Positions 29,775 to 38,642 of a stretch of 64,000 bases of DNA are shown in pieces. Source of the stretch: an uncultured Candidatus Rokubacteria bacterium. GTDB taxonomy: Bacteria; Methylomirabilota; Methylomirabilia; Rokubacteriales; CSP1-6. Both the position numbers and the translations under genes were made by a program. The stretch spans positions 1,856,001 to 1,920,000 of the forward strand of contig CAVYTA010000006.1 of the NCBI GenBank assembly GCA_963771355.1, given 5' to 3'. The notes below the pieces were generated by a model. That model made no database searches, was not told the origin of the DNA, and was given only the letters and a program-made list of their open reading frames with translations. The stretch's first letter is position 1; each line of letters begins with the position of its first letter.

Positions 29775-30707
29775 ATGAACGTCGGGTTCATCGGGCTGGG
29801 GCTCATGGGTGGGAGCATGGCGTCGAACCTCCAGGCCGCGGGGCACACGCTCGCGGTCAACGATCTCCGGAAGGAGTCCGCGGCACCGCACCTCGCCAAG
29901 GGTGCCGCATGGAAGGACACGCCGCGGGCGGTGGCCGAGGTGAGCGACGTGGTCTTCACCTCGCTCCCCGGCCCACCCGAGGTGACCGCGGTCGCGACCG
30001 GCGCCAACGGCCTGCTCGACGGGATGCAGCGCGGGAGCGCCCTCTTCGACCTCTCCACCAATTCCCCCGCCGCGATCCGCCGGCTGCACGCGACATTCGC
30101 CACGAAGGGCATTCACGTTCTGGACGCCCCGGTGAGCGGCGGCCCCTCCGGAGCCAAGTCGCGCAAGCTGGCGATCTGGGTGGGCGGCGACCGCGCGCTC
30201 TTCGACCAGCATCGTCCGCTGCTCGAGGCGATGGGTGATCAGCCGTACTACGTCGGCCCCATCGGCGCCGGAGCGGTGGCCAAGCTCGTCCACAACTGCG
30301 CGAGCTTCACCATCCGCGCCGTCCTGGCCGAGGTGTTCTGCATGGGCGTCAAGGCCGGCGTGGAGCCCGAGCTCCTCTGGCAGGCCGTCCGCCAGGGGGC
30401 CACCGGGCGCGCGCGCACCTTCGACCGGCTCATGGACAAGTTCCTGCCCGGCACCTACGAGCCGCCCTCCTTCGCGCTCAAGCTGGGCCACAAGGACGTC
30501 TCGCTGGCCACCGAGCTGGGCCGCGAGGTGGGGGTGCCCATGCGGCTGGCCAACCTCGCCCTGGCGGAGATGACCGAGGCGCTCAATCGCGGCTGGGGTG
30601 AGCGCGACTCCAGCAGCTTCATGCAGCTGGAAGAGGAGCGGGCGGGCGTGAAGATCGCGGTGCCGCCGGCGCGGCTGCGCGAGATGATCGAGCGCGACGG
30701 CGCGTGA
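29775..30707 (+). CDS. NAD(P)-dependent oxidoreductase, 3-hydroxyisobutyrate dehydrogenase family
   Basis: VGFIGLGLMG, DAPVSGG, KLVHN, KD; GAGGAGG RBS. Confidence 0.92.
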   Translation: MNVGFIGLGLMGGSMASNLQAAGHTLAVNDLRKESAAPHLAKGAAWKDTPRAVAEVSDVVFTSLPGPPEVTAVATGANGLLDGMQRGSALFDLSTNSPAAIRRLHATFATKGIHVLDAPVSGGPSGAKSRKLAIWVGGDRALFDQHRPLLEAMGDQPYYVGPIGAGAVAKLVHNCASFTIRAVLAEVFCMGVKAGVEPELLWQAVRQGATGRARTFDRLMDKFLPGTYEPPSFALKLGHKDVSLATELGREVGVPMRLANLALAEMTEALNRGWGERDSSSFMQLEEERAGVKIAVPPARLREMIERDGA

Positions 30708-30729
30708 GGGAGACGGTGGGAGCGCCTGC

Positions 30730-31261
30730 CTAGCCGCCGCGGATCTGCGTGCAGCCGAGCGAATACGCCTCCCGCGGCTCGGTGCGGGTCGGATATCGGC
30801 GGTAGAGATCCGTGAGCTGCTCGCACGGGCCCGAGCGGCCGGGCATCACCGGTAGCGCGGAGAGGGCGCGCAGATGCGCGGCGACCAGTCGGAACGCCAC
30901 GCCCTCCTCGACCCCCCAGGCGCGCACCATGACCTCCACCGACTTCGCGTTGGCGTCCAGCTCCTGCTGGGGCGGCCGCGGGTCGGCCGCATCGGAGTGC
31001 CCGAGGATATGGTGCGCGAGCTCATGCGCGAGAGCGGCCGAGCCGGAGTCGTTCGTCAGGAGCGCCCGGCCCAGCACGATCCGGCCCCGCTCATAACGAC
31101 TCGCCCCGCCCGGCTCCAACTCGACCCGCACCGGCGCCATCTCATAGGCGTGCACCGCCGCGTCGGCCAGTCGCTGGGCGCCCCGGAGGTTCACCTCGTC
31201 GACCGGGCGTGAGCCCGGCACAGCCCGCCAGGAGTCCGGCGAGCAGCACGACACGCTTCAT
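30730..31261 (-). pseudogene. Frameshifted lipoprotein with M48-like zinc metalloprotease motif
   Basis: MKRVVLLAGLLAGC lipobox in one frame; AHELAH and ELDAN in another; one extra base near 31203-31207. Confidence 0.6.
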
Positions 31262-31630
31262 CGCCAGACAGGCTCGCCGGATCGCCATCGGCCCTATCCT
31301 CCGGGAGCGGACACGCGAGCGCAACCGACGGCGTGTACCCGAACCGACACGTCCTCGGCCCGCTCAGGAACCGCAGAAAGATGGGACTCCCGACACGGCA
31401 GAGGGCGGCACGACACAGCACCGGACGCCGAACGGGGCTGACTACGGTGTATCCACCCCGGCGACACTTCTCTACCGCTCGCGCTAGAGTCGGCCCGCCA
31501 TGCCCGGCTATGGATCGGACTCCCGTTTGAGGGCTCGGTGCGGGCGGTTGCCGTCACAAGAAGATCACGTTGGCCAGGACGAGCGGGCATCAGAGTTGAA
31601 GAATCCACGGGCAGCGGCTACTATCGGCCC

Positions 31631-31933
31631 ATGAAGCTCTGGCTAGTGGCCCTGCTATTCGTTGACCTGGCGCTCCCGATGGCTCCCGGCGCGTTCCAGC
31701 CCCTCGAAGGGCCATCCGTTGAGGTCGCCCGGCGTCTGACAGTTCAAGCCGCTGCCGCCGTCGTCCCGCCGCCGTCGCTTCAACCGCGGTGCCCCATCGC
31801 GCCGCATACTGCTCCGCGAATCTCGATGGGCCGTGCCTCGCGGCGAGAAGTTGCCCGCACCTTCACCGCCCAGAAGAACCCGCAGGAATCAGAAGCGCCG
31901 ATTTCAGAAGCTGACCCGCCGCTCCCCTCCTAG
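31631..31933 (+). CDS. Hypothetical protein with hydrophobic N-terminus
   Basis: MKLWLVALLFVDLALPMAPGAF; TTGAAG-17-TACTAT promoter 6 nt before ATG. Confidence 0.5.
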   Translation: MKLWLVALLFVDLALPMAPGAFQPLEGPSVEVARRLTVQAAAAVVPPPSLQPRCPIAPHTAPRISMGRASRREVARTFTAQKNPQESEAPISEADPPLPS

Positions 31934-32019
31934 CTCCTAGCTGATCCTGTCTGCTCCGCTAGTCCAACGGCCGAAGTTCGCCGTCTGGCAAGTCAAACGG
32001 ACACCAAGGAGGGAATGAA

Positions 32020-32202
32020 ATGACGAGGAGCATCCTCCGCCATGCGGTCGGAGTCGGGGCGCTGTGTCTCATGGCCGCGTTGATCTACGCGGCGGTCGTC
32101 TTGCGCGAAGGAGAATGGTCGCTCCTGCTCACGATCTTGTCCTTCGCGGCTGGCTATCACGGCCTCAGGTATGTCCGAAGGCTCAGTTGGTGGGCGCGAT
32201 GA
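32020..32202 (+). CDS. Small 2-TM membrane protein (60 aa)
   Basis: AAGGAGG RBS, two hydrophobic stretches. Confidence 0.55.
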   Translation: MTRSILRHAVGVGALCLMAALIYAAVVLREGEWSLLLTILSFAAGYHGLRYVRRLSWWAR

Positions 32203-32291
32203 CCCGCTGGCTCGCCCTGATCTTCTGTTTCGTACTCGTCGGCGCCGCCGCGACATGGTTGGTCTACATGTGGCTCGGGTGGGAGCGATGA
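32199..32291 (+). CDS. Small 1-TM protein (30 aa)
   Basis: MTRWLALIFCFVLVGAAATWLVYMWLGWER; ATGA overlaps at both ends. Confidence 0.5.
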   Translation: MTRWLALIFCFVLVGAAATWLVYMWLGWER

Positions 32292-32395
32292 AGAATTGGC
32301 TGACCTGGGTGGTGGGCCTATCCGTGTTCTTCGTACTCCTCACGGTCGCTATCCTGGTTGCGAGCTTCTACTGCGGCACGCAGAAGCCACCGTAG
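32288..32395 (+). CDS. Small 1-TM protein (35 aa)
   Basis: MKNWLTWVVGLSVFFVLLTVAILVASFYCGTQKPP; ATGA overlap, GGAG upstream. Confidence 0.5.
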   Translation: MKNWLTWVVGLSVFFVLLTVAILVASFYCGTQKPP

Positions 32396-32634
32396 CCGGT
32401 TTCGTCGCGTCCAGGTACGCTCCGCACACGGGACCGAGGACCGCGTCACCCGCCCGTGCCGCCAGAGGTTGCGCGATAGGTCTTCTTCGAGGAGCCGTCA
32501 ATGTGGCGAGCGGGACGGCGGCGTTGAAGCCGGGCGGCTGTGCATGACTTGCGACTGTGACGCGCGGCTGGCGCTGACGCTGTATCCGAACCGACACTCT
32601 AGCCGGCTCCCGCCCGGCGTGGCAGCGTGGGGAC

Positions 32635-33153
32635 GTGATGCTCTACTCGCGTCCGCAGCTCTCACTCCTGCTGGTCCTCGGCGCCGCGCTCCTCGCCGGC
32701 CTGGCGGTGCGCGAATGGCGCGCGGGATTTCCCGAGGCGGCGGCGCGGCTCGAGACGTTCGACCGGGATGAATCCACGGCAGCGCCGGGGCCGACCCCCT
32801 TCACGGGGCCGGCCCGGCCGAACCGCCCGCCACGATCGGCGCGCGTCCCGACCGTTCCGGCGGCTGTCGAGCGCGCCGCGGTCGACGGGGCCGCGCCCGA
32901 ACGCACGCCACCCGGACGCACGCCGAAGGAGGAGCCGCCGCCGGCCGACCCGCGCCCACTCGATCTCAACGAGGCCACCGCGGAGCAGCTGGCCCGGCTG
33001 CCCGGCGTGGGCCCGGGGCTCGCACGCCGCATCGTCGAGGAACGACAGCGACGGGGCCGCTTCGAGGGACCCGAGGGGCTGCGCTCGGTGCTGGGCCTGG
33101 GGCCGCGCAAGCTGGCCGCGCTGCGCGATCTCGTCACCGCCGCCGCACCCTAG
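32635..33153 (+). CDS. comEA: ComEA-like helix-hairpin-helix DNA-binding protein
   Basis: N-terminal TM, LDLNEATAEQLARLPGVGP..A.RI...R...GRF, V.GLGP; upstream of comEC. Confidence 0.88.
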   Translation: MMLYSRPQLSLLLVLGAALLAGLAVREWRAGFPEAAARLETFDRDESTAAPGPTPFTGPARPNRPPRSARVPTVPAAVERAAVDGAAPERTPPGRTPKEEPPPADPRPLDLNEATAEQLARLPGVGPGLARRIVEERQRRGRFEGPEGLRSVLGLGPRKLAALRDLVTAAAP

Positions 33154-33162
33154 CGTGGGCCG

Positions 33163-35610
33163 ATGGCCTTCGTGCCACCGGCCGCGCTGGCGCCAAGCGC
33201 CGAGGAGCCACTGGCGCGGCCGCGGATCGCTCCGGTGGGGCAGGCCCCGCTGGTGCCCGTGGCGCTGGCCTGGGCCGCGGGGATCGCCGCCGGCCCGGCG
33301 CTGGCGGCGCCCTCAGCCTGGCTGATCGTGGGCGCGGGCGCGCTGCTCCTGGCCGCGGCCGGATCGCTCGCGCTCCGACGCGCGGGATTGGCGACCGGCC
33401 TGCTGCTGGCCGCGGCCGCGGTCCTCGGCGCGCTCCGGGCACATGAGCTTCCCCCGGGACCGGACGACATCGCCGCCCTCGGAGCGAATGGGGCCGTCGC
33501 CGTGGAGGCACGGATCGCCGAGGAGCCTCGACGGTGGGCACCCGATCGCCTCCGACTGCTGCTCGACGTGGAGGCGCTCGTGACCGAGACGGAGCGGCGG
33601 TCGGCCTCCGGGCGCGTGCTCGTCACGATCTATGGAGAAGCGCCCGCGCTGGGCGAGGGCCAGCGCATCGCGGCTGACGTGCGTCTCCATCCGCCGGTGG
33701 GATACCGCAACCCGGGCGGCTTCGACTATCCCGCCCAGCTCCGCCGCGAAGGCGTCGCGCTCGTGGGCAGCGGGCGCGCGGACCGCGTGCGGCCCCTCAC
33801 CGCCGACCTCCCGCCCTGGCCCACGCGCGTGAAGCGCTGGGCGGTGGCGCGGATTGGCGCCGCCCTGCCCGAGGGCTCGGCCGCGCTCCTCGCCGGCCTG
33901 CTCCTCGGCGAGCGCGCCGCCCTCCCGCGCGAGATGGACGACGCCTTCCGGCGCGCCGGCGTCTATCACGTGCTGGCCGTCTCCGGCTTCAACGTCGCGC
34001 TCGTCTCGGCCTCGATCTTCGCGACGCTCAGCATGGTCGGCGTCTCGCGCCGCCCGACCGCCGGGATCGCCGCGGCGGCGCTGGTGGGCTTCGCCCTCGT
34101 CGTGGGCGCGCAGGCCTCGGTGCTGCGCGCGACGATCATGGGGCTCGTCCTCCTGGGCGGAGTGCTGCTCGAGCGCGAGTCCCAGCTGCCGAACGCGCTG
34201 GGCCTGGCCGCGCTCGGCCTCCTCGCCTGGCGGCCGGGCGATCTCTGGGACCCGGGCTTCCAGCTCTCCTTCGCGGCCACGGCCGGCATCGTGTACCTCG
34301 CCGCCCCCGTGGGGGGCGCGCTCGCGCGGCTGGGCTGCCCGCCGCGGGCCGCCGCCGCCGTGGCGGTGAGCGCGGTGGCGCAGGGCGCCGTGCTGCCGGT
34401 CATGGCCGCGCACTTCAATCAGCTCTCGCTGATCGGCCTGGCCGCGAATCTTCTCGTGGTCCCGCTCGCGGGGGCGGCCACCACGGTGGGCCTCTTCGGT
34501 CTCGCCCTCGCCGTGGTCAGCGATCTCGCCGGCTCTCTCGCGCTCGATCTCGCCTGGGCGCTCGTGGTGCTGCTCCGGCTGGCGGTGTGGCTGGCGGCGG
34601 CGGTTCCCTACGCGCTCGTCCACATTCCGGCTCCCGGGCCGCCGGCCATGGCCGCGTGGGTCGTCGGCGCCGCCCTCGCGGTCAGCGTGGGCCGGCAGTG
34701 GGCGCGCCGCACCGCCGGTCTCCTGCTCGTGGCCGGTCTGGTCGCGGCGGCGTGGCCGTGGCTCGCGCCGGGTGACGGCCGCCTGCGCGTCACCTTCCTC
34801 GACGTTGGGCAGGGCGACGCGATCTTCATCGAGGTGCCGGATGGGCCACGGCTCCTCGTGGACGGCGGGCCGGGCGGCGGCGCGCGCTTCGACGTGGGCG
34901 AGCGCGTGGTGGCGCCCTATCTCTGGAACCGCGGGGTCACGGGGCTCGACGTGGTGGCGGCCACGCATGCCGACGCCGACCATTCAGGCGGGCTGGCGGC
35001 CGTGCTCCGCCGGTTCACCGTCCGCGAAGTATGGGAGAACGGGCGCTGGGGCCCGGGACACGAGGACGTGGTGGCCGCACTCGAGCGATCGGGCGCGGCG
35101 CGGCGGATCGTCTCCGGCCGGCAGCGCATCTGGCGCGGCGAGGCCCTCCTCACCATCCTCAACCCGCCCGGCCCGGACCAGCCCGAGCCGGCCACGCCGG
35201 GCGAGAACGATCGCTCACTCGTCCTGCGTCTGGACTGGCGGGGGGTATCGATCCTCCTCACCGGCGATCTCACCGCGAGCGGCGAGGAGATGCTCGTGAT
35301 TGACCGCGCCCCGCTCGCCGCCACCGTGCTCAAGGTGGCGCATCACGGCAGCCGCACCTCCACCACGGAGCCTTTCGTGAACGCGAGCCGCCCGCTCCTG
35401 GCCGTCGTGTCCGTGGGCGCGCGGAACCCCTTCCGTCACCCCGTCCCCGAGGTGCTCGCGCGCCTCGCCCTCGCCGGCGCCCGCGTGTATCGCACGGATC
35501 GCGACGGCGCGGTCATCGTCGAGACGGACGGCGCGCGCCTGTGGGTCACGCGCTGGGCCACCGGGCGCACCGAGCGTCTCGAGCTCGCCCCCGAGCCCGG
35601 CGCCCGCTGA
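33163..35610 (+). CDS. comEC: DNA internalization competence protein ComEC/Rec2
   Basis: NPGGFDY, HVLAVSGFNV, GFQLSF, FLDVGQGD, THADADHSGG, LKVAHHGS, YRTDRDG. Confidence 0.95.
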   Translation: MAFVPPAALAPSAEEPLARPRIAPVGQAPLVPVALAWAAGIAAGPALAAPSAWLIVGAGALLLAAAGSLALRRAGLATGLLLAAAAVLGALRAHELPPGPDDIAALGANGAVAVEARIAEEPRRWAPDRLRLLLDVEALVTETERRSASGRVLVTIYGEAPALGEGQRIAADVRLHPPVGYRNPGGFDYPAQLRREGVALVGSGRADRVRPLTADLPPWPTRVKRWAVARIGAALPEGSAALLAGLLLGERAALPREMDDAFRRAGVYHVLAVSGFNVALVSASIFATLSMVGVSRRPTAGIAAAALVGFALVVGAQASVLRATIMGLVLLGGVLLERESQLPNALGLAALGLLAWRPGDLWDPGFQLSFAATAGIVYLAAPVGGALARLGCPPRAAAAVAVSAVAQGAVLPVMAAHFNQLSLIGLAANLLVVPLAGAATTVGLFGLALAVVSDLAGSLALDLAWALVVLLRLAVWLAAAVPYALVHIPAPGPPAMAAWVVGAALAVSVGRQWARRTAGLLLVAGLVAAAWPWLAPGDGRLRVTFLDVGQGDAIFIEVPDGPRLLVDGGPGGGARFDVGERVVAPYLWNRGVTGLDVVAATHADADHSGGLAAVLRRFTVREVWENGRWGPGHEDVVAALERSGAARRIVSGRQRIWRGEALLTILNPPGPDQPEPATPGENDRSLVLRLDWRGVSILLTGDLTASGEEMLVIDRAPLAATVLKVAHHGSRTSTTEPFVNASRPLLAVVSVGARNPFRHPVPEVLARLALAGARVYRTDRDGAVIVETDGARLWVTRWATGRTERLELAPEPGAR

Positions 35611-35619
35611 GGAGAAACA

Positions 35620-35657
35620 CCACGGCCCCCGGGCGGTTGCCGCCCCGGGGGCCGTGG
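35620..35657. terminator. GC-rich hairpin between convergent comEC and rpoA
   Basis: ccacggcccccgggcgg / ccgccccgggggccgtgg inverted repeat. Confidence 0.7.
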
Positions 35658-35682
35658 CGCACGCGCGCGAAGCGGGAGGGTT

Positions 35683-36681
35683 CTAGCTCTCGAACGTGCG
35701 CTCGTACTGAGCGCGGAGCCGCTCCAGCTCCTCGGGATCGAGACGGATGCCCAGGGAGAGCCCCATCTCTCCCAGGATCGTCTTGATCTCGTTCAGGGAC
35801 TTCTTCCCGAAATTCTTCGTCTTCAACAGCTCCGACTCCGTCTTCTGGACGAGGTCGGCGATCGTGCGGATATTGGCGGTCTTGAGGCAGTTGGAGGCGC
35901 GCACCGACAGCTCCAGCTCGTCCACGTTGCGGAACAGGTGCTCGTTGAGCTCGAAGCGCGCCGCCGGCTCCACGCCCGCCTCCGGGCTCTCCGTCTCCTC
36001 CTGCGTGGGCACCGGGAAATCGGTGAGGAGGTTGAACTGATCCTGCAGGATGCGCGAGGCCTCCGCCACCGCGGCGTCGGGCGTCACGCTCCCATTGGTC
36101 CAGAGCTCCATCACCAGGCGCTCCGCGCCCTCGGCCGCGTTCTCCACGTGGAAGTTCACCCGCTTGACGGGCGAGAAATCCGCGTCGATCAGCATGGCGT
36201 TGATCGGGAGGGCCTCCGGCTCGCGCCGCTCCGCCGACTGATAGCCGCGGCCGCGCTCCACGCACAGCTCCATCTCGAGACCGCCATCCTTGTCCAGGGT
36301 GGCGAGCACCACCTCGGGGTTCAGGATCTCGACGTCGGCGTCGGGCTCGAAGTCACCGGCGGTGATGGTGCGCGGTCCCTGCGCCTTCAGCCGGAGAATC
36401 TTGGGCCGGTTCACGTGCAGCGCGAACACGACCTTGCGGAGATTCATGATGATGTCGAGGGTGTCCTCGGTCACGCCCTGCATGAAGGAGAACTCGTGCA
36501 GCACGCCCTCGATCTTGGCCCACGTGGGGGAGGCCCCGTGGATCGAGGACAGGAGCACCCGACGGTAGGCATTGCCCACGGTGAGCGCGAAGCCCGGCTC
36601 GAACGGCTCGATGGCGATCTTGCCGTTCTTGCGATCCTGGGCGAGCCATTCGTGACGGGCGGGCATAGCGAGTTGCGACAT
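35683..36681 (-). CDS. rpoA: DNA-directed RNA polymerase subunit alpha (divergent, stand-alone)
   Basis: [77 protein letters not shown]. Confidence 0.95.
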   Translation of the reverse strand: MSQLAMPARHEWLAQDRKNGKIAIEPFEPGFALTVGNAYRRVLLSSIHGASPTWAKIEGVLHEFSFMQGVTEDTLDIIMNLRKVVFALHVNRPKILRLKAQGPRTITAGDFEPDADVEILNPEVVLATLDKDGGLEMELCVERGRGYQSAERREPEALPINAMLIDADFSPVKRVNFHVENAAEGAERLVMELWTNGSVTPDAAVAEASRILQDQFNLLTDFPVPTQEETESPEAGVEPAARFELNEHLFRNVDELELSVRASNCLKTANIRTIADLVQKTESELLKTKNFGKKSLNEIKTILGEMGLSLGIRLDPEELERLRAQYERTFES

Positions 36682-36725
36682 GTAGTCCCTCCTGGGGAGA
36701 TCAGGGGCCGAAACCCCGAGCCGTG

Positions 36726-36734
36726 ACTATACCA
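36726..36734 (-). promoter_or_regulatory. Extended -10 promoter for rpoA
   Basis: TGgTATAGT on the minus strand ~45 nt upstream of ATG. Confidence 0.5.
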
Positions 36735-36829
36735 TAAAGCCTTCACGGGCACGGTCTTGCGTGCCGGGGATCCTCCCCCGTCGGAGAAGTTGACCCTCGG
36801 CCGAAGTGCCCTCAAAATAGAAGGAAACC

Positions 36830-37885
36830 ATGATGGAACGACCTTGGTTCGTCAAGACTTGGGCCGAGCCATCGGGCCAGCGAGGCAGCGCCCTGCGGAC
36901 CGTGCTCGGCGTGCTCGCCGGTCTGCTCGCCGTGTTCCTGGCCCTGCAGTCCTTCTGGATCTTCACCGCCGCGCCGGCCGTGCAGGCGGGGCCGCGGGTG
37001 GTGGACATCCCTCCCCACCAGGGCCTCACCGGCGTCGCCGGCCGCCTCGACGAAGCCGGGGTGATCCGGAGCCCGCTGGGGTTCATGCTGCTCGCCCTGG
37101 CCCGGGGCACCGCGCGCGGACTCAAGGCGGGCGAGTACGAGATCCCCCAGGGGGCCAACACGCTGGCCGTGCTCACCCAGCTCGAGGGCGGGCGCGTCCG
37201 CCAGCACCCCGTGCTGTTCCGGGAGGGCGGCACGCTCACCGAGCTCGCCCGCATCCTCGAGACCGAGCGGCTGGCCCGCGCGGACGACGTGCATCGCGTG
37301 GCCCGGGATCCCGTGTTTCTCAAGACCCTCGACATCCAGGCGGAAACGCTGGAGGGCTATCTCTACCCCGACACCTATCAGTTCGTGAGGGGCATGACCA
37401 CCGAGGAAATCCTGGCGCGCATGGTGGCGCGGATGCGCGACCAGATCTCCCCGGAGCTCCTCGAGCGGGCGCGGGCGCGTGACTTCAACCTGCATCAGGT
37501 GCTCACCCTCGCCTCCATCATCGAGAAAGAGGCGGTGATCCGCGTCGAGATGCCGCTCATCTCGGCCGTGTTCTGGAACCGCCTCCAGCGCGAGATGCCG
37601 CTCCAGGCGGATCCCACCGTGCAGTTCGCGGTGGGCAAGGACGGCAAGGCCCTCACTCGCGCGGATCTTCAGGTAGAATCGCCGTATAACACCTATCGGC
37701 GGCAGGGGCTGCCGCCCGGGCCCATCGGCGCCCCCAGCCGCGCCGCCATCGAGGCCGCGGTGAAGCCGGCGGCGGTGAACTACCTCTACTTCGTCTCGGT
37801 GGACGACCGCCGCCACCAGTTCTCCACCAACCTCGCCGAGCACAACGCCGCCGTCGCGCAGTACCGCATGACGAAATCCCGCTGA
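36830..37885 (+). CDS. mltG: Endolytic transglycosylase MltG
   Basis: LKAGEY, LEGYLYPDTY, LASIIEKE, LQADPTV, SPYNTY, GLPPGPI, YLYFV. Confidence 0.95.
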   Translation: MMERPWFVKTWAEPSGQRGSALRTVLGVLAGLLAVFLALQSFWIFTAAPAVQAGPRVVDIPPHQGLTGVAGRLDEAGVIRSPLGFMLLALARGTARGLKAGEYEIPQGANTLAVLTQLEGGRVRQHPVLFREGGTLTELARILETERLARADDVHRVARDPVFLKTLDIQAETLEGYLYPDTYQFVRGMTTEEILARMVARMRDQISPELLERARARDFNLHQVLTLASIIEKEAVIRVEMPLISAVFWNRLQREMPLQADPTVQFAVGKDGKALTRADLQVESPYNTYRRQGLPPGPIGAPSRAAIEAAVKPAAVNYLYFVSVDDRRHQFSTNLAEHNAAVAQYRMTKSR

Positions 37886-37892
37886 CGCGTCC

Positions 37893-37921
37893 TTGTCAGG
37901 GTCGGACTCGGGTGCTATAAC
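37893..37921 (+). promoter_or_regulatory. Sigma70 promoter
   Basis: TTGTCA-17bp-TATAAC with TG extension, 10 nt before ATG. Confidence 0.6.
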
Positions 37922-37931
37922 CGACCCGATC

Positions 37932-38642
37932 ATGTCGCCGAGCGAGGAGTCCAGCCTGCTGTCGGTCTCGTCGCGGCCGGTGGCGCTGCCCTTCCGCCGC
38001 GTCGCCCGCGAGCGCTTCCCCGTCCTGTATCGCATCGTCCGCGATCTCTGCCGGCCCGCGCTGTCTCGCTGGTTCGATCTGTCGATCGAGGGCCTCGAGA
38101 GGCTGCCCGCCGGCCCCTTCATCCTCGCCGCCAACCACCACAACTATCTCGACGGCGTGGTGCTCGGCGTCGCCGTCCCCCGGCCCATCTCCTTCATCGT
38201 CATGCCGCGCGTCTACCACGCGAGCCCGCTGCACCCGGCTTTTCACCGGCACATCGGGTCCATCCCGGTCAACCTCTCGCGCCCGGAACCGGGCGCGATC
38301 AAGCGCGCGCTGCGCGCGCTGGACGCGGGCCACATCGTGGGCATCTTCCCCGAGGGTCCCTTCAGCCGCGAGGGCCGTCTCGTGCCCGGCCAGCCCGGAG
38401 CCGCCGCGCTCGCGCTCCACGCCGGCGTGCCCGTGGTGCCCACGGCGGTGCTCGGCACCTTCGAGGCGATGCGGGGCCGGCGCTTCTACCTGCCCCGCCG
38501 GCACCCGCTCGGGGTCCGCTTCGGCGCCCCGCTCGCCCTGCCTGGACCCCGTCGCCATGGACCCGGCCGCGCCGAGCGCGTGGAGGTCACCCGCCGGATC
38601 ATGGCCGAGATCGACCGGCTCCTCGCCCGAGCCCACGCGTGA
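37932..38642 (+). CDS. plsC: 1-acyl-sn-glycerol-3-phosphate acyltransferase family
   Basis: NHHNYLD (NHxxxxD), IFPEG, VPVVP. Confidence 0.85.
   Translation: MSPSEESSLLSVSSRPVALPFRRVARERFPVLYRIVRDLCRPALSRWFDLSIEGLERLPAGPFILAANHHNYLDGVVLGVAVPRPISFIVMPRVYHASPLHPAFHRHIGSIPVNLSRPEPGAIKRALRALDAGHIVGIFPEGPFSREGRLVPGQPGAAALALHAGVPVVPTAVLGTFEAMRGRRFYLPRRHPLGVRFGAPLALPGPRRHGPGRAERVEVTRRIMAEIDRLLARAHA

Noticed and set aside
30730..32630. Prophage or genomic island
   Set aside because: Less GC-rich with small ORFs, but no integrase, tRNA, att repeats or phage genes
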